Notes under the pieces: generated by a model | The model's database searches: none | What the model was told of the DNA's origin: nothing | The model's input: only the letters and a program-made list of their open reading frames with translations | Position numbers and translations under genes: made by a program | Assembly (NCBI GenBank): GCA_025351005.1 | Contig: JANXWS010000088.1 | Span: 8,648-72,647 of the forward strand | Direction of reading: 5' to 3' | DNA length: 64,000 nucleotides | DNA from: Pseudomonadota bacterium | GTDB lineage: Bacteria; Pseudomonadota; Gammaproteobacteria; Steroidobacterales; Steroidobacteraceae | Part shown: positions 33,604 through 43,843 of the stretch, piece by piece | How the letters are laid out: each line of letters begins with the position of its first letter | Position numbering within the stretch: position 1 is the first letter of the stretch

Positions 33604-35646
33604 ATGACGGAGCAGCAACCGACAGCGCAGGCCAGTCACTGGTCATGGACGGTCGACGCGGACGGCATCGGCTGGCTCGGCGCCGATCGCATCGGTGCCT
33701 CGACCAACGTGCTCTCGCGTGCCGTGCTCGAGTCGCTCGACGCGCGACTCGCCGAGGTCGAGCGTCTGAGGCCCGCCGGAGTCGTCGTCTGGTCGGCCAA
33801 GGCGAACGGCTTCGTCGCCGGCGCCGACATCGCAGAATTCACGGCCGTCCAGACGCCGGCGCAGGGCTACGAGCTGATCCGAGCGGGCCAGGGCGTGCTC
33901 GACCGGCTCGCTTCCCTGCCCTGCCCCACGGTCGCCGCGATCCACGGATTCGCGCTCGGTGGCGGGCTGGAGCTCGCGCTCGCATGCCGCTACCGCGTCG
34001 CCGCCGACGACGAGCGCGTGAGCCTCGGATTGCCGGAGGTGCAGCTCGGCATCCACCCGGGATTCGGCGGCACGGTGCGCGCGCCGGCACTGATCGGCGT
34101 GCGCGCGGCGCTCGACCTGATGCTGACCGGCAGGCCGGTGCGGGCGCCGCGCGCGCTCGCGCTCGGGCTCGTCGACCGCCTCGCGCCGCCGGCCGACCTG
34201 AAGGCCGCGGCCGCCCGACTGCTGCGGGACGCGCCGCCAGCGCGCCGCGCGCCGCTCGTCGAGCGGCTGCTCGCGCTCGCGCCGCTGCGTGGCCTGGTCG
34301 CGTCGCAGGTGCTCGCCCAGCTCGCGAAGCGCGCGCGGCGCGAGCACTACCCCGCGCCGTACGCGATCGTCGATCTCTGGCGCCGTCACGGCGCCCGCGG
34401 CCGTGCGGCCTTCGACGCCGAGGCGCACTCGATCGCGGAGCTGTTCTGCACCGAGACCTCGCGCAGCCTGGTGCGCGTCTTCTTCCTGCAGGACCGACTC
34501 AAGGGCCTCGGCGGCAAGGAGGCGACGCCGGCCGAGCGCGTGCACGTCGTCGGCGCCGGCGTCATGGGCGGCGACATCGCCGCCTGGTGCGCGCAGCGCG
34601 GCCTGTCGGTGACACTGCAGGATCGCGCGCTCGAGTACATCCAGCCGGCGCTCGATCGTGCGCTTGCCGGCTTCGCGAAGCGCGCCAAGACGCCCACCGA
34701 GGCGGCCGCGATTGCTGCGCGGTTGAGCGCCGACGTCGAGGGCCGGGGCGCGGCCGCGGCCGACGTCGTCATCGAGGCGATTTTCGAGGACGTGAAAGCC
34801 AAGCAGGCGCTCTATGCCTCGCTCGTGCCGCGCCTCAAGCCCGGTGCACTGCTCGCGACCAACACCTCGAGCCTGATGCTCGAGACGCTGGCTGCCGGGC
34901 TCGGCGACCCGGCGCGCTTGGTCGGCCTGCATTTCTTCAACCCGGTCGCCAGGATGCCGCTGGTCGAGGTCATTCACGGCGCCGGCACCGACCCCGTCAG
35001 CGTCAAGGCGGCGCTCGCGTTCGCGCGCCGGCTCGACAAGCTGCCGCTGCCGTGCCGCAGCGCTCCGGGGTTCGTCGTCAACCGGATCCTGTTCCCGTAT
35101 CTGACCGAAGCCATGCTCGCCGCCGGGGAAGGCATCACGCTCGGAACCATCGACGACGCCGCGCTCGCCTTCGGCATGCCGCAGGGACCGATCGAGCTCG
35201 TCGACACCGTCGGCCTCGACGTCGCCCGGCACGTCGGCGAGGTGCTTGCCGCGGCCTTCGGCACGCCGCGCCCCGACGTGCTCGGGCCGCTGATCGCCGC
35301 CAACAAGCTCGGTCGCAAGACCGGTGAGGGCTTCTACGTCTGGCGGGATGGCAAGGCGCAGAAGCCCGCCACGGGCGCCGCGCCGCCACCGGACCTCGTC
35401 GACCGCCTGGTCCTGCCGATGCTGAACGAGGCGGTGGCATGCCTGCGCGAGGGCGTCGTCGCCGACGAGGACCTGCTCGACGCCGGTGTCGTCTTCGGCA
35501 CCGGCTTCGCACCGTTTCGCGGCGGCCCGATTCACTACGCGCGACATCTCGGCATCCCGAACGTCGTCGCCCGGCTGGAGGCACTGGCGGCACGCTACGG
35601 CGCGCGCTTCCGGCCCGACGCGCACTGGGCGACGCTCGCCGGCTGA
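33604..35646 (+). CDS. Fused enoyl-CoA hydratase / 3-hydroxyacyl-CoA dehydrogenase (FadB/FadJ-like)
   Basis: Crotonase motifs FVAGADIAEF and ALGGGLELALAC. NAD-binding VHVVGAGVMGGDIAAW; ~680 aa. No fadA thiolase follows. Confidence 0.9.
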   Translation: MTEQQPTAQASHWSWTVDADGIGWLGADRIGASTNVLSRAVLESLDARLAEVERLRPAGVVVWSAKANGFVAGADIAEFTAVQTPAQGYELIRAGQGVLDRLASLPCPTVAAIHGFALGGGLELALACRYRVAADDERVSLGLPEVQLGIHPGFGGTVRAPALIGVRAALDLMLTGRPVRAPRALALGLVDRLAPPADLKAAAARLLRDAPPARRAPLVERLLALAPLRGLVASQVLAQLAKRARREHYPAPYAIVDLWRRHGARGRAAFDAEAHSIAELFCTETSRSLVRVFFLQDRLKGLGGKEATPAERVHVVGAGVMGGDIAAWCAQRGLSVTLQDRALEYIQPALDRALAGFAKRAKTPTEAAAIAARLSADVEGRGAAAADVVIEAIFEDVKAKQALYASLVPRLKPGALLATNTSSLMLETLAAGLGDPARLVGLHFFNPVARMPLVEVIHGAGTDPVSVKAALAFARRLDKLPLPCRSAPGFVVNRILFPYLTEAMLAAGEGITLGTIDDAALAFGMPQGPIELVDTVGLDVARHVGEVLAAAFGTPRPDVLGPLIAANKLGRKTGEGFYVWRDGKAQKPATGAAPPPDLVDRLVLPMLNEAVACLREGVVADEDLLDAGVVFGTGFAPFRGGPIHYARHLGIPNVVARLEALAARYGARFRPDAHWATLAG

Positions 35647-35718
35647 CGCGGCTGTCCACGAGCGGCGGCCGCGAGGCCGCGTGTTAACATCGGGCATGAC
35701 TCGCCGACGCCCTGCCTG

Positions 35719-36780
35719 ATGGAGAACGAAGCTCCCGAACCCGCCCTGCTGCGCACCTTCACGCCCCTCGACGGGTTCAAGAAGGACAACATCGCAGCCC
35801 TCGCCCGCAAGACCACCATCCGGTCGCTCGAGGCGGGACGCTCGCTGTTTCGGCAAGGCGACACCGACAAACACACGTACTACCTCGTCAAGGGCGCGGT
35901 CCAATTGCGCGCCGACGACAAGGTCGTGGCGGTTGTCGAGGCAGGCACGGTCGAGAGCCGCAGCCCGATAGCCTCCGGCACGCCGCGCCGCTTCACCGCC
36001 GCCGCGATCACCGACATTCAATACATCGCGATCGAGAGCGACCTGCTCGAAGTACTGATGATCTGGGACCAGACGGGCTCCTACGAGGTCGGTGACCTCA
36101 CCAATCGCAACCCCGTTGTCGGCGATGACTGGATGACGACGCTGCTTCAGACCAAGGCGTTTCACCGCATTCCGCCGGCCAACCTGCAGGCGATCTTCAT
36201 GCGCATGCAGCGCGTCAGCACGCGCGCCGGCGACGTCATCGTCAAGCAGGGCGCCGACGGCGACTTTTTCTACGCCATCGTCGCCGGCCGCCTGGCGGTC
36301 ACGCGCGAGACGCCGCTCAACCGCGAGGGCATCAAGCTCGCCGAGCTCGGCCCGGGCGACACCTTCGGCGAGGAGTCGTTGATCTCCGACGCGAAGCGCA
36401 ACGCAACCGTGTCGATGCTGAGCGACGGCGTGCTGATGCGGCTCAGCAAGGCGGACTTCGCTGCGCTGCTGATCGAACCGATGCTGCACTGGATCGACTT
36501 CGACGAAGCCGCGACCATGGTGGCCAGCGGCCGCGCCCGCTGGCTAGACGTGCGCCTGCCGTCGGAATTCGACTCGTGGCACCTGCCGGACTCGCTCAAC
36601 GTACCGCTGTACTTCATCCGCATGAAGCTCAAGCAGCTCGATCCGGGCTTGCCCTACATCGTCGTCTGCGACACGGGCCGGCGCGGCTCGGCCGGAGCGT
36701 TCATCCTGAACGAGCGCGGCTTCGACGCCATGGTGCTGAAGGGCGGCCTCGCGGTCGCAGGGACGGCGCTCAAGACCTGA
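35719..36780 (+). CDS. Two cyclic-nucleotide-binding domains fused to a C-terminal rhodanese domain
   Basis: cNMP-like LFRQGDTDKHTYYLVKGAV and FGEESLISDAKRNATV. Rhodanese active-site loop YIVVCDTGRRGSAGA (CX4R). Confidence 0.75.
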   Translation: MENEAPEPALLRTFTPLDGFKKDNIAALARKTTIRSLEAGRSLFRQGDTDKHTYYLVKGAVQLRADDKVVAVVEAGTVESRSPIASGTPRRFTAAAITDIQYIAIESDLLEVLMIWDQTGSYEVGDLTNRNPVVGDDWMTTLLQTKAFHRIPPANLQAIFMRMQRVSTRAGDVIVKQGADGDFFYAIVAGRLAVTRETPLNREGIKLAELGPGDTFGEESLISDAKRNATVSMLSDGVLMRLSKADFAALLIEPMLHWIDFDEAATMVASGRARWLDVRLPSEFDSWHLPDSLNVPLYFIRMKLKQLDPGLPYIVVCDTGRRGSAGAFILNERGFDAMVLKGGLAVAGTALKT

Positions 36781-36786
36781 CCGGGG

Positions 36787-36805
36787 CCCGCGCCGCGGTC
36801 GCGGG
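36787..36805. terminator. GC-rich hairpin between convergent genes (possible bidirectional terminator)
   Basis: CCCGCG-ccgcggt-CGCGGG between the cNMP/rhodanese gene stop (36780) and the pilZ stop (36857). No U-run. Confidence 0.3.
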
Positions 36806-36856
36806 CGATGCAGTCGGCCACGAACCCAGAACGATCGTGGGCGGCGGCGTGCCGCG

Positions 36857-37210
36857 TTACATCGTATGCGTCGGCTTGTCGCCGCCGAGCGCACCGGCCA
36901 GGTAGTTCTCGATCCGCTTCTGCGTGTTGCCGCGGTCCTGCTCCGAGAACTGCACGCCGATGCCCGCCACGCGCCGTCCGGCGACACCCTTCGGCGTCAC
37001 CCAGATCACGCGCCCGGCGACCGGCAGCTTCTCGTCCTCCGCCATGAGGTTCAGCAACATGAACACTTCGTCGCCGAGGCGGTAGCTGCTGTTGGTCGGG
37101 ATGAAGAGCCCGCCGTTCTTCACGAACGGCATGTAGGCAAGGTAGAGCGCGCTCTTGTCCTTGATCGTCAGGGTCAGCAGGCCCGGCTTATTCGTCGCCT
37201 GTCGCATCAA
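36857..37210 (-). CDS. pilZ: Type IV pilus assembly protein PilZ
   Basis: LTLTIKDKSALYLAYMPFVKNGGLFIPT...GIGVQF...LAGALGGDKPTHTM closely resembles P. aeruginosa PilZ. Conserved position after holB. Confidence 0.9.
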   Translation of the reverse strand: MMRQATNKPGLLTLTIKDKSALYLAYMPFVKNGGLFIPTNSSYRLGDEVFMLLNLMAEDEKLPVAGRVIWVTPKGVAGRRVAGIGVQFSEQDRGNTQKRIENYLAGALGGDKPTHTM

Positions 37211-37221
37211 AGTCCTTCAGG

Positions 37222-38247
37222 TCAGCCACGGGCTCGTTCGGCGCGCACGGACCGCAGCTCGCGGGCGAGCGTCCACAGCAGGTGCTCGAACAGCAGGGCC
37301 ACGTTGGCCGAGCCCCGCAGCAGCGCACCCTGCCCGTCGCGCGCCTCGTCAAGGATCCGGTACAGGCCCTGAATATGTCGCCTTCGGGCCGTCGCTGGCA
37401 AGCCCGGAGTTACCGTAGTGTGACCGGCTACGACCGCCGTCAGCCCGCGCCGGATGCGTTCGGTGACCCAGTTCTCGATCCAGCGCAGCCGTTCGGCCGG
37501 CAGCTGCTGCTGGCAGCGCTCCGCGAGCGCGACCACGTCGGCGTCCGGGCGCGACAGGATCCCCGGCAGCTCTGCCATCTCGCGCTCGAGCTCGGCCGCA
37601 CCTGCCGCGGCGAGTGCCAGCGCGCCGACCGGCGCGCCGTTTGCAAGCGCGAGCGGCCCCTGCCAGTCCGTGACCGGATCGAGCACCCCGAGCCACGCGA
37701 GCGCGGCCGCGCGCTCGGGCCGCGCGAGCTTGATGCGCTGGCAGCGGCTGGCGATGGTCGCCGGCAGTCGCTCCGGCCGCGACACCGTCAGCACCAGCAG
37801 CGTCCCGGCCGACGGCTCCTCGAGCGTCTTCAGCAGCGCGTTCGCTCCGCTCGCGTTCATCGCATCGGCCGGATCGATGATCGCCACCTTTCGCCCGCCA
37901 CGGTAGCTCTTGAGCGTCAGGGCGGCGATCAGCTCGCGTATGTCGTCGACCGCGACCAGCTTCTTGTCCTCGGCGATGCCGACGCGCCGCAGGTCCGGAT
38001 GGGTGCCAGCCTCGTGCAGCCGGCAGGAGGTGCACGTGCCGCACGGCCCGGCGCCGGGCGTCTCGCAAAGCGCGAGTCGCGCGATCCAGTCGGCGAGCGC
38101 CGCCTTGCCGAGACCGGACTGGCCCTGCAGCAGCAGCGCGTGCGCCAGTCGGCCGCACGCGATTGCCTGCGCGACCCGCTCGCGCGCCGCGGCGAGCCAC
38201 GGTGCAGCCGTCGCCAGCCGGTGCCGCAGCAGTTCCGCGGCGTTCAT
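37222..38247 (-). CDS. holB: DNA polymerase III subunit delta'
   Basis: GLGKAALADWIA P-loop-like motif, zinc module CGTCTSCRLHEAGTHPD. tmk-holB-pilZ synteny. Confidence 0.85.
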   Translation of the reverse strand: MNAAELLRHRLATAAPWLAAARERVAQAIACGRLAHALLLQGQSGLGKAALADWIARLALCETPGAGPCGTCTSCRLHEAGTHPDLRRVGIAEDKKLVAVDDIRELIAALTLKSYRGGRKVAIIDPADAMNASGANALLKTLEEPSAGTLLVLTVSRPERLPATIASRCQRIKLARPERAAALAWLGVLDPVTDWQGPLALANGAPVGALALAAAGAAELEREMAELPGILSRPDADVVALAERCQQQLPAERLRWIENWVTERIRRGLTAVVAGHTTVTPGLPATARRRHIQGLYRILDEARDGQGALLRGSANVALLFEHLLWTLARELRSVRAERARG

Positions 38248-38877
38248 TCAGGCTGCCCCGAGGGCGTCGACCGCGCGCCGCACGGCCACCGCCACGTCCT
38301 CGACGGGGGCGGTGGCGTCGATCACCTTGACCCGGGCGCCGGCCCGCCCGGCGCGCTCGAGGTAGCGGGCGCGCACGCGCTCGAAGAATGCCGCCGTCTC
38401 GCCCTCGATCCGGTCGGCGCCGGCGCCGCGGCCGCGCACGCGCGCGAGCGCGCTCACCACCGGTGCGTCGAGCAGCAGCGTCAGGTCGGGCTCGAGTCCG
38501 CGCTGGGCCAGCGAGGCGAGCGGCGCGAGCTCGCCGTCGGGGACGCCGCGGCCGCCGCCCTGGTAGGCGTAGGTCGCGTCCGTGTAGCGGTCGCACAGCA
38601 CCCACGCGCCGCGCGCGAGCGCCGGCCGGATCAGGTTCTCGGTGTGCACCGCGCGCGCCGCGAACATCAGCAGCAGCTCGCCCGCGACCGGTACCGGCTC
38701 GCTGCGGTCGTGCAGCACCAGCGCCCGGATGCGCTCCGCGAGCGGCGTACCGCCGGGCTCGCGGGTCGCGATCACCTCGCGGCCGGCGTGCTCGAGTGCG
38801 ACGGCGAGCAGCGCGAGCTGCGTCGACTTGCCGACGCCCTCGATGCCCTCGAACGTGATGAACCGGCCGGTGCTCAT
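38248..38877 (-). CDS. tmk: Thymidylate kinase
   Basis: P-loop FITFEGIEGVGKSTQ, DRY motif region (LCDRYTDATYAYQ). Confidence 0.92.
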   Translation of the reverse strand: MSTGRFITFEGIEGVGKSTQLALLAVALEHAGREVIATREPGGTPLAERIRALVLHDRSEPVPVAGELLLMFAARAVHTENLIRPALARGAWVLCDRYTDATYAYQGGGRGVPDGELAPLASLAQRGLEPDLTLLLDAPVVSALARVRGRGAGADRIEGETAAFFERVRARYLERAGRAGARVKVIDATAPVEDVAVAVRRAVDALGAA

Positions 38878-39899
38878 GGGCGCCCGCCTCCGCCTGCGCG
38901 CAACCGCCCGACGTAGCGGGCGACCGCGGCATTGTGCGCCTGCAGGGTGCTCGAGAACGTGTGGCGCCCGTCGCCGAGCCCGGTCGCGACGAAGAACAGC
39001 GAGTCGTCGTCGACCGGCCGCACGGCGGCCGCGAGCGAGGCACCGCCCGCGAGCGCGATCGGCGTCGGCGGCAGGCGCTCGCGTGTGTAGGTGTTGTAAG
39101 GCGTGTCGGTGGTCAGATCGCGGCGATGCAGGCTGCCGTCGTAGGCGGCCCCCAGTCCGTAGATCACGGTCGGATCGGTCTGCAGCTTGATGCCGCGGCG
39201 CAGCCGGTTGACGAACACCGCAGCGATCCGCGGCCGCTCCTCCGGCGCGCCGGTCTCCTTCTCTATGATTGACGCGAGGATCAGCGCCTCGTACGGGCTC
39301 GCGAGCGGCAGGTCCGGCAGCCGCGACGCCCAGGCAGCCGCGAGCCGCTCCTCAAGGCGCGCGTGCGCGAGGCGGAGCACGTCGAGATCGGTCGCGCCGC
39401 GCGGCACGAGGTAGGTATCCGGGAACAGTTCGCCCTCGGGCGCAACGTCGGGCGAACCGAGGAGTGCCATCAGCTTCGGCTCCTCCGGCCCGCTGACGAC
39501 TCGCTTCAGCACCGGGTTGTCGTGCAGCGAAGCGAGCGCCGTCGCGAACGTCCAGCCTTCGACCAGCGTCACCGGGTGCAGCAGCACGCGGCCCTCGACC
39601 AGCTGCTCGAGCAGGGCTTTCGGGCTCAGTCCCGGGACCAGCGCGTACTCGCCGGCCCGCATGCGGCTCGACTTGCCGTCGAAGCGCGCGATCCAGGCGA
39701 GCACACGCGGGTGGTCGAGCAGGCCCGCGGCCGCAAACCGCTCGGCAACGCGGCCGAACGGCTCGCCCGGCGCGATTTCGACCACGGCCGGCGCCGTCAG
39801 GCCCGCGAGCGGCGCGCGGTACCAGCGCTCGGCCGCGGAATAGCCGGCCGCGAGCGCGCCTGCGCAGAGGAGCGCGGCCGCGAGGCCGAGCCAGAGCAT
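38874..39899 (-). CDS. mltG: Endolytic murein transglycosylase MltG (YceG-like)
   Basis: N-terminal TM MLWLGLAAALLCAGALAA, YceG motifs including ASIIEKETG. Start re-picked at ATG 39899; the upstream 300 codons of the track ORF are Arg-rich artefact. Confidence 0.88.
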   Translation of the reverse strand: MLWLGLAAALLCAGALAAGYSAAERWYRAPLAGLTAPAVVEIAPGEPFGRVAERFAAAGLLDHPRVLAWIARFDGKSSRMRAGEYALVPGLSPKALLEQLVEGRVLLHPVTLVEGWTFATALASLHDNPVLKRVVSGPEEPKLMALLGSPDVAPEGELFPDTYLVPRGATDLDVLRLAHARLEERLAAAWASRLPDLPLASPYEALILASIIEKETGAPEERPRIAAVFVNRLRRGIKLQTDPTVIYGLGAAYDGSLHRRDLTTDTPYNTYTRERLPPTPIALAGGASLAAAVRPVDDDSLFFVATGLGDGRHTFSSTLQAHNAAVARYVGRLRAGGGGRP

Positions 39900-39910
39900 G
39901 GGCCGCCGGC

Positions 39911-40717
39911 TCACCAGCCGTCCGCCCACGCCTGTGCCGCGCGGACGTACGGGCCGGGAGCGAGCGCGCGCCCGTCCAGGTCCGCGACCGGCCACGCGCC
40001 GATGAGCGCATTGGTCAGGAACAGCTCCGTCGCCGCTGCGAGCTCGCGCATGTCGACGTCGCGCACCTCGACCTCGGTGCCGACGCCCCTCCAGGCATCG
40101 AGCAGAGCGGCGCGCATCACGCCCGCGACGCCGGCACGCTCGAGGGCCGGCGTTACGAGGCGGCGGTCGAGGACGGCGAACACGTTCGTCATCGTGCCGC
40201 AGACGAGTCGCCCGTGCCCGTCCTGCAGCAGCCCCTCGTCGGCCGCGGTCGCGGCGAGCTCGCGCCGGGCGAGCACCTGCTCGAGGCGGTTGAGGTGCTT
40301 GAGGCCCGCGAGCAGCGGCTGCTCCGCCAGCCGGGTCGCGAGCACGCGGGCAGCCACGCCGGCCGTGGCGGCGCTCGTTGCGCGCGGCCGCGGCGGCAGC
40401 GCCGCGAGCCAGCGGCGCGATGCGGCTCCGGCGTCGGGCGCGTAGCCGTGGCCGCCGGCACCGCGGGTCACGATCAGCTTGAGCACGCCGCTGCCTTGCA
40501 GCCGCGCCGCCGCCTCGAGCTCCGCGGCCAGCGCCGCCGGGTCCGGCGCCGGGATGCCGAGGCGCGCGCAGCCGGTTGCGAGCCGCGCCAGGTGCCGTCG
40601 CAGCAGCCGCCCCCGTCCATCGTGCACGGCGATGGTCTCGAACAGGCCGTCGCCGAACTCGAGGCCGCGGTCGAGCGTCACGCCCGGCGGCGCGGCGGCG
40701 CCGTCGATCCACAGCAT
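39911..40717 (-). CDS. pabC: Aminodeoxychorismate lyase (class IV aminotransferase fold)
   Basis: ~268 aa class-IV fold pattern (FGDGLFETI, GLKHLNRLEQVLA). Position between pabB and mltG. Confidence 0.8.
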   Translation of the reverse strand: MLWIDGAAAPPGVTLDRGLEFGDGLFETIAVHDGRGRLLRRHLARLATGCARLGIPAPDPAALAAELEAAARLQGSGVLKLIVTRGAGGHGYAPDAGAASRRWLAALPPRPRATSAATAGVAARVLATRLAEQPLLAGLKHLNRLEQVLARRELAATAADEGLLQDGHGRLVCGTMTNVFAVLDRRLVTPALERAGVAGVMRAALLDAWRGVGTEVEVRDVDMRELAAATELFLTNALIGAWPVADLDGRALAPGPYVRAAQAWADGW

Positions 40718-42105
40718 CAGCGGTGCTCCGGGCCGAGCGCGCGCACCAGGCCGCGGGCCTTGGCGCGGGTCTCCTCGAGCTCGCGGCCCGGATCGGAGTC
40801 GGCGACGATGCCGGCACCGGCGAGGATGCTGAGCTCGCGCCCCACCTCGGGTACGGAGTGCACGGTCGCGGTCCGGATCAGGATGTTGAGATCGAGACTG
40901 CCGTCGAGCCCGAGGTAACCAACCGCCCCGGTGTAGGCGCCGCGCGGCCGGCCCTCGAGCTCGGCGATGATCTCCATGCAGCGCACCTTCGGGCAGCCGG
41001 TGATCGTGCCGCCCGGGAACAGCGCGCGGATCACCTGGCCCGGCGTCACCTCCGGTCGCTTGACGCCGCGGACGTTCGAGACGATGTGGTGCACGTGCGC
41101 ATACGACTCGATCGTCATGAACTCATCGACCTCGACCGTACCCGCGACGCAGATGCGGCCAAGGTCGTTGCGCTCGAGGTCTAGCAGCATCACGTGCTCG
41201 GCCCGTTCCTTGGCGTTGGCCCGGAGCTCCGCGGTCACCGCCGCGTCATCGCCGTGGCGCGCGCGCGTGCCGGCGATAGGCCGCGTCTCGACGCGCTCGC
41301 CGCGGCAGGACACCAGCCGTTCCGGCGAGGTCGACAGCACCGTCATGCCGGGCAGCGCCGCGAGCGCCGCGAACGGGCCCGGGTTCGCACGCCGCAGGTG
41401 TGCGTAGAGCGCGGCTGCCGCCACGCCCTCCGGCAAGAGCGTGCGCCACTCGCGCGCCAGGTTCGCCTGGTAGATGTCGCCGGCGGCGATGTAGTCGAGC
41501 GCGCGCAGCACGATCGCCCGGTAGCGGCCCGGATCGTCCTCGACCAGGCGCAGCGGCGGGATCGGCGCCGGCGGCGGTGGTGGAGCGGCGAGCGGCACGA
41601 GCCGCGACTCGAGCGCCTGCAGCTCGGCCTCGGCGCCCTGCTCGCCGACCAGCCAGCGCTCGTCGCGCTCGTGATCGTAGAGCGCGGCGGCGCGGACCCG
41701 GGTCGCGAACGCCACCGGGCCCGGCCCGTGCTGCAGGCGCAGCCGCGGCTCGACCTCGGCCGCGAGCTCGTAGCTGAGATAAAGGAACCAGCCGCCGCAG
41801 AACGGCAGCCCGGCGGGCGGTGCCGGCGCCGCAACCGACTCGGCGGTGAACCATGCGTCCAGCGCCGGCAGGAACGCGCCGGGGCCGGTGACGACGCCGT
41901 TCAGGGATCCGCCGGCGTCGAGCCACAGCGTCTCGGCGCCGGCCGCGAACAGCAGGTCGTAGCGGCCCTGCCGCGTGCCGCTGCTCGCGCTCTCGAGCAG
42001 GAACGGCAGGCGGGCCGGGTCGCGGGTGTGGGCGGTCAGGAAATCGGCGCGCCCGCGGCCGAGGCAGCGTGCAACGAACGGACCGGAGACACGGCCGGCA
42101 GCCAC
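40717..42105 (-). CDS. pabB: Aminodeoxychorismate synthase component I (chorismate-binding enzyme)
   Basis: Chorismate-binding C-terminal motifs FPGGTITGCPKVRCMEII and GAYTGAVGY. Directly upstream of pabC. Confidence 0.85.
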   Translation of the reverse strand: MAAGRVSGPFVARCLGRGRADFLTAHTRDPARLPFLLESASSGTRQGRYDLLFAAGAETLWLDAGGSLNGVVTGPGAFLPALDAWFTAESVAAPAPPAGLPFCGGWFLYLSYELAAEVEPRLRLQHGPGPVAFATRVRAAALYDHERDERWLVGEQGAEAELQALESRLVPLAAPPPPPAPIPPLRLVEDDPGRYRAIVLRALDYIAAGDIYQANLAREWRTLLPEGVAAAALYAHLRRANPGPFAALAALPGMTVLSTSPERLVSCRGERVETRPIAGTRARHGDDAAVTAELRANAKERAEHVMLLDLERNDLGRICVAGTVEVDEFMTIESYAHVHHIVSNVRGVKRPEVTPGQVIRALFPGGTITGCPKVRCMEIIAELEGRPRGAYTGAVGYLGLDGSLDLNILIRTATVHSVPEVGRELSILAGAGIVADSDPGRELEETRAKARGLVRALGPEHR

Positions 42106-42112
42106 GGTGCCG

Positions 42113-43357
42113 TCACTGCAGCCGACGAAACACCAGGCTGCCGTTCGTGCCGCCGAAACCGAACGAGTTCGACAGCGCCGCGTCGATCCGCATCCGCCGG
42201 GCCGAATTCGGCACGTAGTCGAGGTCGCACTGCGGATCGGCGTTGTCCAGGTTGATCGTCGGCGGGGCGATCTGGTCGCGCAGCGCCAGCACCGTCAGGA
42301 TCGCCTCGACCGCGCCGGCCGCGCCGAGCAGGTGGCCGGTGACCGACTTCGTCGAGCTGACCGCGACCCGGCCGGCGGCGCCGCCGAGCGCGCGCTTGAT
42401 GGCGACGGTCTCGGCGATGTCGCCGAGCGGCGTCGAGGTCGCGTGCGCATTGATATAGTGGAGCGCCTCCGGCGCGAGCCGCGCATCGGCGAGCGCGTTG
42501 GTCATCGCGAGCCGCGCGCCCTCGCCGTCCGGCGGCGGCGCCGTGACGTGATGGGCGTCGCCGCTCATGCCGAGGCCGACGAACTCGGCGTAGACGTTTG
42601 CGCCGCGCGCCCGGGCGTGCTCGTACTCCTCGAGCACCAGCGCGCCCGCGCCGTCCGCCATGACGAAGCCGTCGCGATCGCGGTCCCAGGGGCGGCTGGC
42701 GCGCGCCGGCTCGTCGTTGCGCTCGGAGAGCGCCTTCGCCTGGCAGAAGCCCGCGAGGCCGAGCGGGTTGATCGCCATCTCGGCACCGCCCGCGATCATG
42801 ACGTCGGCGTCGCCGTACTGGATGCAGCGCGCCGCGATGCCGATGCTGTGGGTGGAGGTCGTGCAGGCGGTCGCGAGTGCCAGGTTCGGGCCCTTCAAGC
42901 CGTAGGCGATCGAGACGTGCCCCGAGATCATGTTGATGATGCTCGCCGGCACGAAGAACGGTGATACCTTGCGCGGCCCTTTTGCCTCGAGCAGCTTCTG
43001 GTGGTTCGCCTGGATCGTCTCGAGGCCGCCGATGCCGGCGCCCATCGCGACGCCGATGCGGGCGGCGTTGGCCTCGGTCGCCACGAGTCCGGCGTCGCGG
43101 ATCGCCTGCGTCGAGGCGGCGAAGCCGTACTGGACGAACGGGTCCATGCGCCGCGCGTCCTTGGGCTGCAGGTAATCGTCGACCTTGAAGCCGCGAACGT
43201 CGCCGGCGAAGCGGGTCGGAAAGGCGCTCGCGTCGAAGCGCGCGATCGGCGCGATGAAGCTGCGGCCGTTGACGACGTTATCCCAGGCCTCCGCCACCTG
43301 GCTGCCGACCGGCGACACGATGCCTAGACCCGTGACGACGACACGACGCTTGGTCAA
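42113..43357 (-). CDS. fabF: 3-oxoacyl-ACP synthase II
   Basis: Active-site Cys [12 protein letters not shown], His motifs [11 protein letters not shown] and [12 protein letters not shown]; 414 aa. Confidence 0.95.
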   Translation of the reverse strand: MTKRRVVVTGLGIVSPVGSQVAEAWDNVVNGRSFIAPIARFDASAFPTRFAGDVRGFKVDDYLQPKDARRMDPFVQYGFAASTQAIRDAGLVATEANAARIGVAMGAGIGGLETIQANHQKLLEAKGPRKVSPFFVPASIINMISGHVSIAYGLKGPNLALATACTTSTHSIGIAARCIQYGDADVMIAGGAEMAINPLGLAGFCQAKALSERNDEPARASRPWDRDRDGFVMADGAGALVLEEYEHARARGANVYAEFVGLGMSGDAHHVTAPPPDGEGARLAMTNALADARLAPEALHYINAHATSTPLGDIAETVAIKRALGGAAGRVAVSSTKSVTGHLLGAAGAVEAILTVLALRDQIAPPTINLDNADPQCDLDYVPNSARRMRIDAALSNSFGFGGTNGSLVFRRLQ

Positions 43358-43439
43358 GGCGCCTCCGCGATGCAGCTGCGAGTCTGGGTGTCGAGCGATC
43401 CCGGCCGGACGGCCGTGCCGGGGCTTCCCGCCGTGGAGC

Positions 43440-43682
43440 TCAGGCCTTGCTCTGATGCTCGGTGATGTAGTCGATTGCCTGCTGGACGGTGGTGATCTTC
43501 TCCGCGTCCTCGTCGGGAATCTCGGTCTCGAATTCCTCCTCGAGCGCCATCACGAGCTCGACGGTATCGAGCGAGTCGGCTCCCAGATCGTCGACGAAGG
43601 AGGCATCGCTGGTTACTTCTTCTTCCTTGACGCCCAGCTGCTCGGCGACGATCTTCTTGACTCTCTCTTCGACGCTGCTCAT
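43440..43682 (-). CDS. acpP: Acyl carrier protein
   Basis: [19 protein letters not shown] phosphopantetheine-attachment motif; 80 aa. Confidence 0.97.
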   Translation of the reverse strand: MSSVEERVKKIVAEQLGVKEEEVTSDASFVDDLGADSLDTVELVMALEEEFETEIPDEDAEKITTVQQAIDYITEHQSKA

Positions 43683-43843
43683 CGTTTTCTAGTCCTTTGT
43701 GACGCCAGGGCGTGTCGGATCCACTGAGGCACCGGAGGCTCGATCCGCCGGAGGCACGTGGACGCCGCATTTTATGGGAAACGACGGTCCCCCGCCACGC
43801 AGCAGATCACCTTTATATTCAATTACTTGGCTTGTGGCGGTGC

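Noticed and set aside
38874-40817. 647-aa track ORF covering mltG plus 300 upstream codons. Similar N-terminal over-extensions affect ccmC, ccmF, ccmH, rfbD, gspI, gspJ, fabG, addA, the HAD gene and the aminotransferase.
   Set aside because: The extensions overlap upstream genes in another frame and are Arg-rich nonsense. The conserved N-termini begin at internal ATG/GTG codons, several with Shine-Dalgarno sites or ATGA coupling.
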